Shown: positions 28,101 through 38,749 of the stretch, piece after piece
Layout of the letters: each line of letters starts with the position of its first letter
Numbering within the stretch: position 1 is the stretch's first letter
Assembly: GCF_037042905.1 (NCBI RefSeq)
Contig: NC_087251.1
Coordinates: forward strand, 45,820,001-45,884,000
DNA from: Lytechinus pictus
Lineage: Eukaryota
Length of the DNA: 64,000 nt
Direction: 5' to 3'
Translations under genes and position numbers: made by a program
Notes under the pieces: generated by a model
Told to the model about the DNA's origin: nothing
Seen by the model: only the letters and a program-made list of their open reading frames with translations
The model's database searches: none

Positions 28101-31100
28101 TCGTGTTTATTTTATGTTCAGGTGCTAATGTGGTTGGTGTGAACTGTTGCTACGATCCTGACACGGCCTTGAAGACAATTGAATTGATGAAAGAAGCACT
28201 GAATGAAGCAGGCTTAGAGAACGTTTATCTTATGATGCAACCTGTAGGGTACCACGCCCAAGAGATTGCTGATGACCCTAGAGGATACTTCGCGCTTCCA
28301 GAATTCCCTTTTGGTATGAAAACGATCATCTCAAAACAAGCAAAATTATCATTTCTAACTTCAGAGAATAAATGTGTTTAATTATGTTCTAATATTACCC
28401 ACGAATAGGTACTGTTCATATTTGCTTTAGCATATATATATAAACATATATATATATATATTTTTTTTTTTGGGGGGGTAAAACGAATGAATTGTTTTCG
28501 TGTTTGATTTAGAACGATGTCTTTCTGTGAAACAAATTAGAAAATCATCGGAGAACTATTATTTAGCAAGATTTTGTCCACGTGTTTATGGAATAGATTT
28601 GAAAGTATAATATCAGAATCGGTCTCTACATCCATTTTACTTAAATATTTTAATTCAGAGACAGATCCTTACTTTGATGAACAGACGATCAATAACTATC
28701 GATCAACATCGATATTTTGAACCTTTATATTGATACGTTTGTCAAAATTCCATTAATGGTAATCTCTCTCTCTCTCTCAACCCCCCCCCCCACCCCAAAC
28801 TAATCAGCATTCTGTCAACTGAAATACAATGAATTCGAAACGTTTATTTCATTAAACTTTTTTGTTATTACTATGAACGATCCTTTAAACTTGTCATGAA
28901 TTCTAACTACATAAGTGCCGGCTTGTGTATCCAGTACTATGCGTGTCGTAAGGGAGGATCCATACTATTGACCAATGACATCAACCGTTTATTTGTTTTC
29001 TTTACCCTTAAACATGTTAAAATTAGCCCGGGGAAATCAGCTCATATTTCTTCATGAAACTTTTTTTTTATTTACAGCCATGGAGCCGCGCGCTCTCACA
29101 AGAATAGATGTCCATAAATTTGCCCGTAAGGCCTATGATCTGGGCGTGCGATACATAGGAGGATGCTGTGGGTTCGAACCCTATCACATAAGGGCAATAG
29201 CGGAAGAGGTACGTTGGACATTGGTCGTAGGGCCTATATTGTAATTTTATAAATTTATAGACGATTCGCATGGCTTAAGAAATGATAAAAGGAACACATG
29301 TTTTAATATTTGGATGTACATGAATTTAGATTATTGATATATTAGCTTTTCATTTGCACAGTAGGCCTATGTCTTTTTTTCAATATTTCATTCTCGGCCT
29401 ATTTCGTTGTTGGCTTAGTCCATGAGATCTATTTTTTCTTCAAAATTCACAACTGAAAGTTATGAAGGTATGAAGGTATAAAGCAAAATTGTTCAACTTC
29501 CAATTGTCAAAGACGTTGATCAGAGTTCAGAATATGGGAAAAGAGAGTTCCTTTTATATCACCACAACGACAGAAAAATTATATATTCTAATGGTCCCTA
29601 GATTTTCGCGATAAAAGCGGAAAAATTCACGGAATTTAGGAAGAACAGAGTTAACGGAATTTTACGGAAAACTCAATGTTCAGCCCCCAAATGCAGCATG
29701 AAAAATATTGTGAAAATCAGAAAAATTAGCAAATTAACAAATTCCGATACAAAAAAATACATGAAAATACATCAGTGAGTGAAAAATCAGCCAAGCAGAC
29801 CCATTCACAGTGTTAAGCTTGTGACTGACGAGCTTAATATACAAGGTAATTTAAGTGTTAGTGAACACCGAAGAACACATTATTTGCCTTTTAGAATGTT
29901 AACAAAAAAGTGGGATCTCTAATTCTAATATAGGCCTACATCTAATCCGGTAGTTTCCCTTTATTTGTAGCTGAGTACAGAGCGTGCTCGTAGACCTCCG
30001 GGGAAAGATAAACACGAAGGATATCGTTCACTCAGACGAAGCTCCTTCCAAAGTCAAAGAGAGAGGTAAGAGATCGTTTGATTTTCATTTATAGTAATCT
30101 TTATACGCAGTCCGGCATAATAGATCCCGGGGAGTGTTTCATCAACATTTTTGTCCGTCAAGTTGTCAGATCTGACATTTCTTCATTTTGATTAGTTGAG
30201 AAGCACTGTTATATGGAAAATGTTTGAGAAAACTTGACTTGTGGGATAAAAAGTCCGACAAGTACTTTTATGAAACGCTTCCTAGGTCAGCTCGGCACTT
30301 GAGACAACTCGGCCCCTGAGGCTCAGGAAAATTAGGTGTCGAGTTGTCCATCGTAAAACCTAACCCTCAACCTTACCCTAACCTTAACCCGAATCCTAAC
30401 CATATGGTAAGATTGATACTTGAATACACAAATCAATTGAAATCATAGTTAAAAACATTGCAATTAATCTTTATTTGTCAATAAAAGAGTGATCCGATAG
30501 TGGACAATTCAGCACCGAAGTTTTTCGGCGGGGTCGAGTTGTCTCAAGTGCCGAGTTGGTTGATACCCGCCATAATGTTCTTCAGAAATATTGTTCAATT
30601 TATTACCTGGTCATACACACGTGAAAGAGGACCTCGTACCTTGTCGCCGTTTTCTTCCGACAGGGCTCCCTTTTAAGGACCGATTTGGCTGCATGTCCGT
30701 TGATTCAATACAACTTGTGCCCGCTGAGAGTCTGAAAGAGGATGAATACAAGAAACAAAACTATTTAAAGCAGAAAATGGTTGCTGTGGGGTGACAGTAA
30801 AGGACCTTTCGTTTTACACAACGGATAGTTCTACGACGATGAAATTAATAATTAAACCATTTGCGCCATGCCATGCGTCAAGTCTAAAGTTTCGTTGTCC
30901 TCTATCCATTTATGACAAGTTGCCAAATAAAAAGAACTCCCCTCTCGTTTTACGATCTCTCTGGGGGAATCAGCGTTTTGATGAACATGAGAGTTTCGGT
31001 CTCGCCATTCGCGTGATTTGTTTAAAATAAAAACGACTAATTCGTAGGACGGAAAATACTGTAACACCCGACGGCAAAGATATGTAGCTGCCAACCATCC

Positions 31101-31336
31101 TAGGAACAACCGTTCAAAACTAAAACGAAAGTTCCTTATTCTCAAAGGCAGCAACGATCTCAAAAAGCATTTATTGGAGCATTTGCCGACCATTGAGACA
31201 TATCATGTTTCTTGTTATTATTTATTTTTTGCTTTGCAGAGCCAATCCACAATATTGGAACAGTTTGGTTCCCGCTGCCGGACGGGCAAATATTCATAAG
31301 CTAGCAGAGGAACAAGCAGAGAGTCCAGCAGAATAA
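21996..31336 (+). CDS. BHMT: Betaine-homocysteine S-methyltransferase-like protein (homocysteine S-methyltransferase family), 8 coding exons, 377 aa
   Basis: join(21996..22137,24614..24747,25081..25275,26952..27099,28122..28313,29078..29208,29971..30065,31240..31336) = 1134 nt, all introns GT-AG with phases consistent. Translation contains [46 protein letters not shown] and [20 protein letters not shown] (three Zn-ligand Cys) and LPEFPF, colinear with vertebrate BHMT. Confidence 0.95.
22561..22762. mobile_element. MITE with internal telomere-like TTAGGG variants (BHMT intron)
   Basis: cacgacatttgct ... ggagcaaatgtcatgg inverted ends; tagggttagagttagg core. Confidence 0.55.
23335..23691. mobile_element. 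hAT-like MITE
   Basis: tggccctgggaa ... ttccctgggcactg; three ttttttgcttgtcaaattt units. Confidence 0.7.
24274..24506. mobile_element. Harbinger-like MITE with CAG TSD
   Basis: cag-gggcccgtcttacaaagagtt ... aactctttgtaagacgggccc-cag; partial copy near 52473. Confidence 0.85.
24614..24747 (+). CDS. BHMT: BHMT-like coding exon 2 ([26 protein letters not shown]...TTSD)
   Basis: caacag acceptor, gtaagt donor; phase 0. Confidence 0.93.
25081..25275 (+). CDS. BHMT: BHMT-like coding exon 3 ([20 protein letters not shown]...DFMLGE)
   Basis: ttttag acceptor, gtgaga donor; 65 codons. Confidence 0.93.
26336..26670. mobile_element. Two adjacent palindromic Harbinger-like MITEs
   Basis: ggtgcccgtttcata...tatgaaacggacatc, then ctg-gggcccgtttc...gaaacgggccc-ctg. 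Confidence 0.8.
26952..27099 (+). CDS. BHMT: BHMT-like coding exon 4 ([14 protein letters not shown]...VRMAKA)
   Basis: ctttag acceptor, gtgcgt donor; 148 nt. Confidence 0.93.
27426..27587. mobile_element. Palindromic Harbinger-like MITE
   Basis: gggtccggttgcattaaagttac ... gtaacttttatcaaacggggcc. Confidence 0.65.
28122..28313 (+). CDS. BHMT: BHMT-like coding exon 5 ([13 protein letters not shown]...LPEFPF)
   Basis: gttcag acceptor, gtatga donor; GVNC Zn-ligand motif. Confidence 0.94.
29078..29208 (+). CDS. BHMT: BHMT-like coding exon 6 (AMEPR...[19 protein letters not shown])
   Basis: ttacag acceptor, gtacgt donor; GGCCG motif. Confidence 0.95.
29971..30065 (+). CDS. BHMT: BHMT-like coding exon 7 ([15 protein letters not shown]...QRE)
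   Basis: ttgtag acceptor, gtaaga donor; aligns with the BHMT LAPERGFLPPASEKH segment. Not in the ORF track. Confidence 0.88.
30126..30570. mobile_element. Harbinger-like MITE (30126-30284) plus TAACCC-core MITE (30285-30570)
   Basis: ggagtgtttcat...atgaaacgcttcc; ctcggcacttgagacaactc / gagttgtctcaagtgccgag. A relative of the first lies at 1229-1390. Confidence 0.7.
31240..31336 (+). CDS. BHMT: BHMT-like coding exon 8 ([16 protein letters not shown]...SPAE*)
   Basis: ttgcag acceptor; aligns with the BHMT EYWENLRIASGR segment; TAA at 31334-31336; AATAAA near 31588 and 32213. Confidence 0.88.
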
Positions 31337-32295
31337 CGTTTATGCTGTCTAGGCTCAAACATGTCATAATATCTACATTATTTTTTATTTCTATCCTTTA
31401 AACTATTAATCCTGCCGACGTTATAAATATAGCGCACAATTTATATGGCTATTTCTTCTCTCAAAAGTTCAAATGTAAATATGTATATAAAGTGGTGCTC
31501 AAAAGTTAGAGAACACCACAAGAAAATTAACATATGTAAAGAGTTCAAGTTCTTCCATGTTTTAGATATTTAATTGTGAAGTCAAGTAATAAAATGTTAC
31601 TCTCAAGAAAGTTTGTTTCTCTGCGGTCGCCGAAGATTGTAGTGTTGTTGTCTACATTCAACACTCAGCATGAAGGAGTTCATTTTGTGGTAGGGTTCAC
31701 TAACTTATGAGCACGTCTTTCCTTGCCCATATTAAGAATTTATTATTTTGATGAAGATCGAAAGATTGTTAACGTTTTGGTTTCGCCCCCTTTAAAACTT
31801 TGTGCTGAGTATAACATGCTAATTTAAAATTGTATTATAGCTTTTTGCTTATACAGTAATGGTATTACCATAAATTGTTATCCGTGGATACATTCTGCAT
31901 TGAAATATCGTACATTATTGGATTACTTGTAATCAGGAATAAGTATTTTATTTCTTATCTTAGTGTTGGGGCAGACCCTCGTGAATCCTATAGTTTAAAA
32001 AGTATTGACCTTATTTAATATCTCGGCGTATATCAGTGCCTTGCTGTCACTTCAGTTATGTTCAGATATTAGTATGAATATGGGCTCTCTTTTCATATTA
32101 AATATACCAACATCATCAAGAAAAGGGAATGTGAATAGGTTTGGTTATGTTTATATGCGATAAACCAACCTCGCCCTTTTCATAATGTTGTAAACTGCAT
32201 GCGATAAAAATGAATAAAAGCAGTTCAGTTGCATCTTTTTTCTGCCGCCCAAGCAGAAAATTAACGTCTTATTTTTCAAAATCTTATTTTTCAAA

Positions 32296-32775
32296 ATTTT
32301 GACAAACATAATACCAATTTGGGAAAACAATCAATTTCATTTTCTGGTCCTACTTTATGGAATCATCTGCCAAGTAATATTAGAATCACCCCCAGTCGCG
32401 AGATATTTAGCAAATCGTTAAAAGTAATGCTACTGGAAGATAAATACTGCCTGAAAACAAATAATTCTATATAAATATTTTGTGAATAATTAAGATATTT
32501 TTCTTGTAAATAGTGTAAATATGTTCACTAAAAATGATCGCAATTTTCTGCAACAGTAATAAGTAGAATTAGTACTGAATTTGATGTACAATATTGAGAT
32601 TTAGTTAAAATTCTTGTTTAAACTATGATAATGACATTACTTGGGACTAACCTCGATTAGCATCTTGCTATTATGTTAGCTCCAATTACCAAATTTTTTG
32701 TTTATATGTGATTTACTATTCCATGTAATTGTACCTGACTGTGATATTTGGTAATAAATTAAATTAAAAAATAAT
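32296..32775 (+). mobile_element. 3' fragment of L2/Crack/CR1-type LINE, same family as 330-1080
   Basis: Close reverse-complement match to about 330-810. Confidence 0.85.
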
Positions 32776-33494
32776 TATGTTCAGTGCGAGTCAGGGGCGG
32801 TCTTGCGAGTAGTGGGGGCTGGGGCAGCATGTACCCTTCCTTTGATTTTCAAGTAACGATGAAACAAAGTAAGGAGATGAAACATGAAAAAGAAATCTCT
32901 GAAAGTGAAAGAAATGAAGAACGCGCGTTGAAAGGGAATTATTCTCTCCAATATTGTTACAATATCCCATTATATATGTATTAAACCTTCCCCTAAAAAC
33001 TTGGAAATTTGAATTTTTTGTGCAATTGTAGCCGAAGTGTGATAGTTAAGTTTGTAAATACTGCAGAAACGTACATAGTCGTTTGGGATGACATTAGGCC
33101 TACGTTGATTTGGAATGGCTCGATCACACTTTATGGTGTTTATGTATATTTGTTCTTCTATTAACAATTTTGTTTTTATTTACATGGAAAATGTGATCAT
33201 CTGAAATTCATTGCACATGAAAAAAAGGGAGTTGATTGTCGAATTGATTGTTGAACTGATCGTTGATTGTCGAATTTACAGATAAAAACGGGTGCTTGAT
33301 GATTAATTCCTGCATTTATTATCATGAAATGATTCATTTTTTTAATTATATCTATTATCTCGAAAATAAGTGTTTATGATGTAAACGCAGCAATATTAAA
33401 ATACGTCTTTAATGCAGTTACGTTATCAAGTTTCATTTATTCTGCATGCGATAAAATGTTAATATTCCCTGTCACTAAAAACCAATTTTCCCTA

Positions 33495-33890
33495 ATGATG
33501 ATCTTGATATGATGATGATGACGATGATGATTACGATGATGGTGATGATGACGGTGATGATGATGATTACAATGACGATGATTATGACGGCAATTACGAT
33601 GATGATGGCGGTGATTATGATGTCGATGATTACGATGATGATGGTGGTGATGACGACGGTGGTGATGTTTGAGATTATGATGATGAAAACGATAATTACG
33701 ATTATGATGATGACGATGACTACGATGATTTATAATGATAATGATGATGATAATGGTTGTGGTAGAGGATGGGGTGATGAATGTAATAATGATGATTATG
33801 GTGATGGTCAGGGTGAAGATCACAATTATGATCATGATGACTATGGTGCAGGGATGAAGATGATCGTACGACCACGATGACGACGATGAA
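33495..33890. repeat. Imperfect (GAT)n microsatellite
   Basis: Direct reading. Confidence 0.9.
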
Positions 33891-34220
33891 GGTAGTAATA
33901 GTAATTTCACATAAAAATGTTTGAGAATGTTTTTCACCTATCAGTCCCTGATTGATGCTATACATCCAGATGAGGGCATATGATTTCACTTCACAAGTTA
34001 AGGCGGACGAGAATTGTCATGTTTTCGACACTGTTCATGTGCAACACTTTATTGTTAAAATTCCGCGCGCAGAGCGACGAGACGAGACGGTTGAGTGATA
34101 ATTATCGCACATGATCATTATAGAGTTCTTTATCAGCACCTAGGTATCCAAACCAAGTTTTAGTCATTATGGTCATACGTACATATGCTGCCCAATTGTC
34201 TCTTTCGAGATAGTCATGTT

Positions 34221-34450
34221 AGATGATGATGATGAAGATAATAATGATGATGATTATGATGATGATGACGGTTGTGGAGATGATGATGATAATAATGATG
34301 ATGATGATAAGATGATAATGATGATGATTATGATGATGATGACGGTAGTGGAGATGGTGATGATGACAATAATGATGATGATGATGAAATGATGATGATA
34401 TGATGATGATGAAATGATGATGATGGTGGTGGTGGTGGTGATGATGATCA
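34221..34450. repeat. Imperfect (GAT)n microsatellite
   Basis: Direct reading. Confidence 0.9.
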
Positions 34451-37400
34451 TCTATGTACTTATCATTACCGATATCATAACAGAAAATGATATTATCAAA
34501 TCTATGTCTTCTTTCTTGAAGTCATTCACTGAATTCCTTATTTGATGGATGGGAGTGGGCGGGGTCATCTTTTTTCCTGAGTTTCTCTCAGTTTCTTCCG
34601 TCGTCTGACCATGATACAATTGGAGATAATACTATCATTAACTTGTTAATCTAAATTGTGTGAGCCTATTCTCCTTACCGTACAAACTAATACTCCACTG
34701 GCGTAGAAGGGAGGGGGGGGGGGGCTTTGGTGAACTGGAGTACCGCCCCCTTCACAAAAAAAAATCACACGACCAAGAAAAAATAAGGGGAAAATAAAAA
34801 AATGTGAAATATGATATCATTTTCTGACTATTTTTTATGAAATTATAGTTTCAATTCGACCGTCAACTTTTTCGCTCGCTCGCTACTTTTTAGACATTTT
34901 CCCTATACCTCGTTTTGTGCCCCCTATTTTTTACGTCAATTTGATAACGAAAATATCAACGTATATAATGTTAAGTTATCAAAATTAGATTATGATCGTT
35001 TAAATCCAATACATTGTAATTTTTAAGGACACGATATCACTGATATCACTGCTCCATGACAACGGTTGCCATAATAAACAGTACCTCATTATAGTACGAT
35101 ACTTTGTTTAATCACTTGGGAATCGTTCTCATGTACTTTATTAATCCCCTTTTTGCTCCTAAACCTTTTCGATCCTCCTCACAGAGAAGCCGTTTGTCAT
35201 TTACAAGGTAATAGACTCACATCACAGGTATGACAGGCGAGGGGTATCTTTGGGTAATAATACACTTTTAGAAAATTCAGAATCTTTCTTTGTCCCATAT
35301 TTGAAACCTTTAAGGTACTTCAAACATGGACACAAAAAATATGAGGAAATTGATTACTATAAAACATTTTGTCCAAACATGGACAAAAAAAATTGTGAGG
35401 AAATTGATTACTATAACTTTCAGAAAGAATTCACTTTTCAAATCTAATTGTAATGATGTTCTACTGCGAATATTGATCGAATATCATCAGTTTTTCTTTT
35501 CAGAAATGTTCAATTTCCCTTCGATTCTTTGAATTCTTCATGATGAAAAAATATATTTTTGTTTCAAATTGCTTTCTTTTGATATTCTCTCTATTTTTTT
35601 TTATTTTCCCTTTGAATTTGTAGGTAACTTTTTCGTTATAATTATAACTATTTTACACCATTTCATATTTTGGGGAAATTGGGCCGGGGGGTCATTTGAT
35701 GCTGAGCGAAGCAGACTGATGTCTGTTGTCGTCATTCATTATACCATTAGCACCCAATAGATCCGTAATCAATGATCGGATTGTTAATAACCAGAAAGTG
35801 AGCGGGGATTAGAGGAAAAGGGATTGATGCGATTATCCCCTACCCCAAAAATAGTATTTCAAATTATAAACTCATGCTCAGCAGCCTATAAGCCTAGTTA
35901 TTTCTGCCTTTTTTGTGAAATGTTTCTCACATACCCATTTTTTAATACTAATTACTTTTAATTTCCATGTTCTAACTAAAGAAAAGAAAAACATATGCAT
36001 ATGTATACAGATTTAAACGTATAACGCTTTCGAAAACCGAACCCGGATAAATAAAACGTGTTTGGGAAGGAGGAGGAGGAAGAGAAGAAGAATGAGAAGA
36101 AGAAGAATCTCTTAAAAATCCATTCACAAAGTAGACGCATACTATTTTCCTCCATGCATGTGCAATTTTGTAAATAATCAATCCATAGAATACATGCGTA
36201 TACGAAGTATCATAAGGGAATTACATATTTCTAACTCTTTATATCCTATTATGCCATGTGACATTTTTCTCGATTTTCATTGGTTGGGAAGCCTTATTAC
36301 GAATGTAACTGTCGAATTAAGCAAACTTAGTCAGATGAAACGTCTGACTAGTCCGTTAATGATACGGCCCCCCAGAATGACCTTCCCCCTTTCACGCGCA
36401 CACACACAATGTAACCCACCTCTGGACAAATATATATTTTTTTATAATAACCCTTCTCCTCATATAGCCATAGCCTTTAAAAAAAAGGAAGGAGAGAAGT
36501 TATTTTTAGTCCTCTTCATATGACTGACCCATTACAACACCTACCCTGCGAAAATAATAATTGTTAAAAAATACATGTCTTCGACATTTTGTACAGACAG
36601 GCCGGCGACACCACAGAAGGGGCGGGGCAGGGGATACTCTCCTATTTTTTTTTGTTCAACTAGTGAAAATTGGGGGAGAGTAAAAATAGAAGGGAAAGGA
36701 AGAGAATGAAAAGTGTAAAAGTAATTGATATGTAAGAAAAAAAGTCATCTTCAAGCCGTCTTATACCCCACACTCCTATCAAAATTAACCGGGCACCGCC
36801 CCCGTGTACAGAGCCCCACCCCGCTCTGTACCGTGATGGACTACCTTCGGTTTCGATACCGATTGCTCCATCTCCGTATAATCAACAGTGAATGGAAATC
36901 TTCTGAATATTTATTCAGTTAGTTTCATTTCAATATCAATTCTTGTTTCATTTTTCTAAGACATCAAGCGATTCATGTTTTTTATTATTATCTTTTTGGG
37001 GGTACATATATTACAAGTTGCAACGAAATATTTTGTCTTTCATTATGTTTGCGCATGAAATTTAGTTTGCTTTGAAACGGAAATTCAGATGATAATCATC
37101 GTTCTCGATCAGCTGATTTGATCTTTATCAATGAAATATAATACTTAAGTTAGTTTGCTTGGTAAACCATTTCTTTTGAAGAAAGTGGCCTGACTTTGCA
37201 TACAATTGTAAAAGCTCCCTTCTTGATTTGATTAATTATGCTGCTATACTTTCAGCAAGTTGATGAGTAAATATGATGGTAAAAGTTTCGATCAGGATAT
37301 TTTGGCTGCAGACTACATACAAATTACCCTGACCGACTCGAACTGGAAATGGAATGATCAGAAATCAAATCAATTTTGTATCTTTTCGTTATTATTTTAT

Positions 37401-37929
37401 CGAGAGCCGTGATTTTTTATTTTCAATTTTTTTTGTTAGAAGTACTGCAGAAATTCTACCTTTTGAACAAGCAATTAGTTTAATCTCACTGCAATGGTTT
37501 ATGGGTAGAACATGGTTAAAATTAATTTGCTATCCAATGGTAATCCCCACATGTTCCATGATCAACCTAGATTTTAACTAACTGTTGAGCAATACTAGCA
37601 TGGTAGTTACCATTGGATGAAAAACGTTACCCGAATAGTATAACTTTTACGCAACTAGGGCCCTTGTATTTGCCAAACTGTTACACCAATCATAATTGTA
37701 ATATCGAGCAGCTATGAGAATTCTTAATTAAAGTAGTATTATAAAGAATATTTACAATACTTACCTTACCACTGCATTTCAAAAGATAATAAATCAATTA
37801 CCCTGCAATTATCTTTAATTTATATTTATTTGGAATATGTATTCCAGGTGGTTCTTTCTTTGAAGAAAAAGTTCATAAAATATCAGAAAATTTTTTCATC
37901 GTTAATAATTGCTCTGTTAATATTTCACT

Positions 37930-38471
37930 TTTAATACTATTGAAAATTTAACCTTTTTTTTAAGATACAAGTAGTGATGATTCATAACAGAAAAAAAAAT
38001 CAAAATTCATTCTTGTTTTGTTTTCTGTTATATCGGGGGAGAAACAAATATAGTATCTGCCGTTGGTCTCTGTTTGGTAATCATGTTCAAAATAACTTCA
38101 GATTAATTAATTATTTTGCGAAAATTCGTTTTATAACTTCATGTGAAAAAGATATTAAATAAAGTGAGAAGTGATACCCCTTTTTTACACTTTAAAGAAT
38201 GAATTATAAACGAATAATAACGTTGTTAGTTCGTTCATTTTGCCATTTAGTATTACTACTGCAAGTTTAGTGTTTCTATTGCATGTTCGATGCAAGATGA
38301 AAAGAATCATATAGTTTTTCCTGATTTCAAGAAATTTTGAAAACATGATTTATCTGAATATGATACCTTTTAAAGTTATCAGACAACATCATTCTGTGAA
38401 TATGCAGCTGTGTCTGGAATAATATGTTAAATTGAAATAAGCTAACTTAATCATATTTTTATCCAAAAGGC
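37930..38471. repeat. Direct repeat copy 1 (3' UTR/flank of the kinase gene)
   Basis: Colinear with 44980-45483; shared blocks tttggtaatcatgttcaaaat, ttcgttcattttgccatttagt, ttttcctgatttcaagaaattt, tgtgtctggaataata. Confidence 0.85.
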
Positions 38472-38533
38472 ATATTATTTTGAAATGTGTGAAAAGGGGA
38501 ATGATTTAATATCTCTTGAAATGCAGTGAGTGC

Positions 38534-38749
38534 CTACATTACCCTCTCGATCTCGTCGACGACCTCATCGATGGTGGGTCGGCAGAGGTGGGTATTAAGC
38601 CGACAGATGTTCCCGATGGCGGTGAGATCGGCGGTGTTCGTACGATCTCCTATCAGGGTCAACAGACGGCCGAGCTGGAACACGTCGCTCGAGACAGAGA
38701 TCGGATGGTCATCGAGGGCACATTCTGGGGCAATGTGGGTATAGATCTC
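38534..38749 (-). CDS. Kinase coding exon 9 (IAPE, SDVFQLG, CRPT...ERVM*)
   Basis: ttacag acceptor; TAG at 38536-38534. Confidence 0.9.
   Translation of the reverse strand, partial: EIYTHIAPECALDDHPISVSSDVFQLGRLLTLIGDRTNTADLTAIGNICRLNTHLCRPTIDEVVDEIERVM

Noticed and set aside
330..32775. Giant 32-kb transposon with long TIRs
   Set aside because: The inverted arms encode a LINE ORF2 C-terminus and tail and differ in 5' truncation.
33437..34451. His-rich, Met-rich and Ile-rich ORFs
   Set aside because: Translations of (GAT)n microsatellites.
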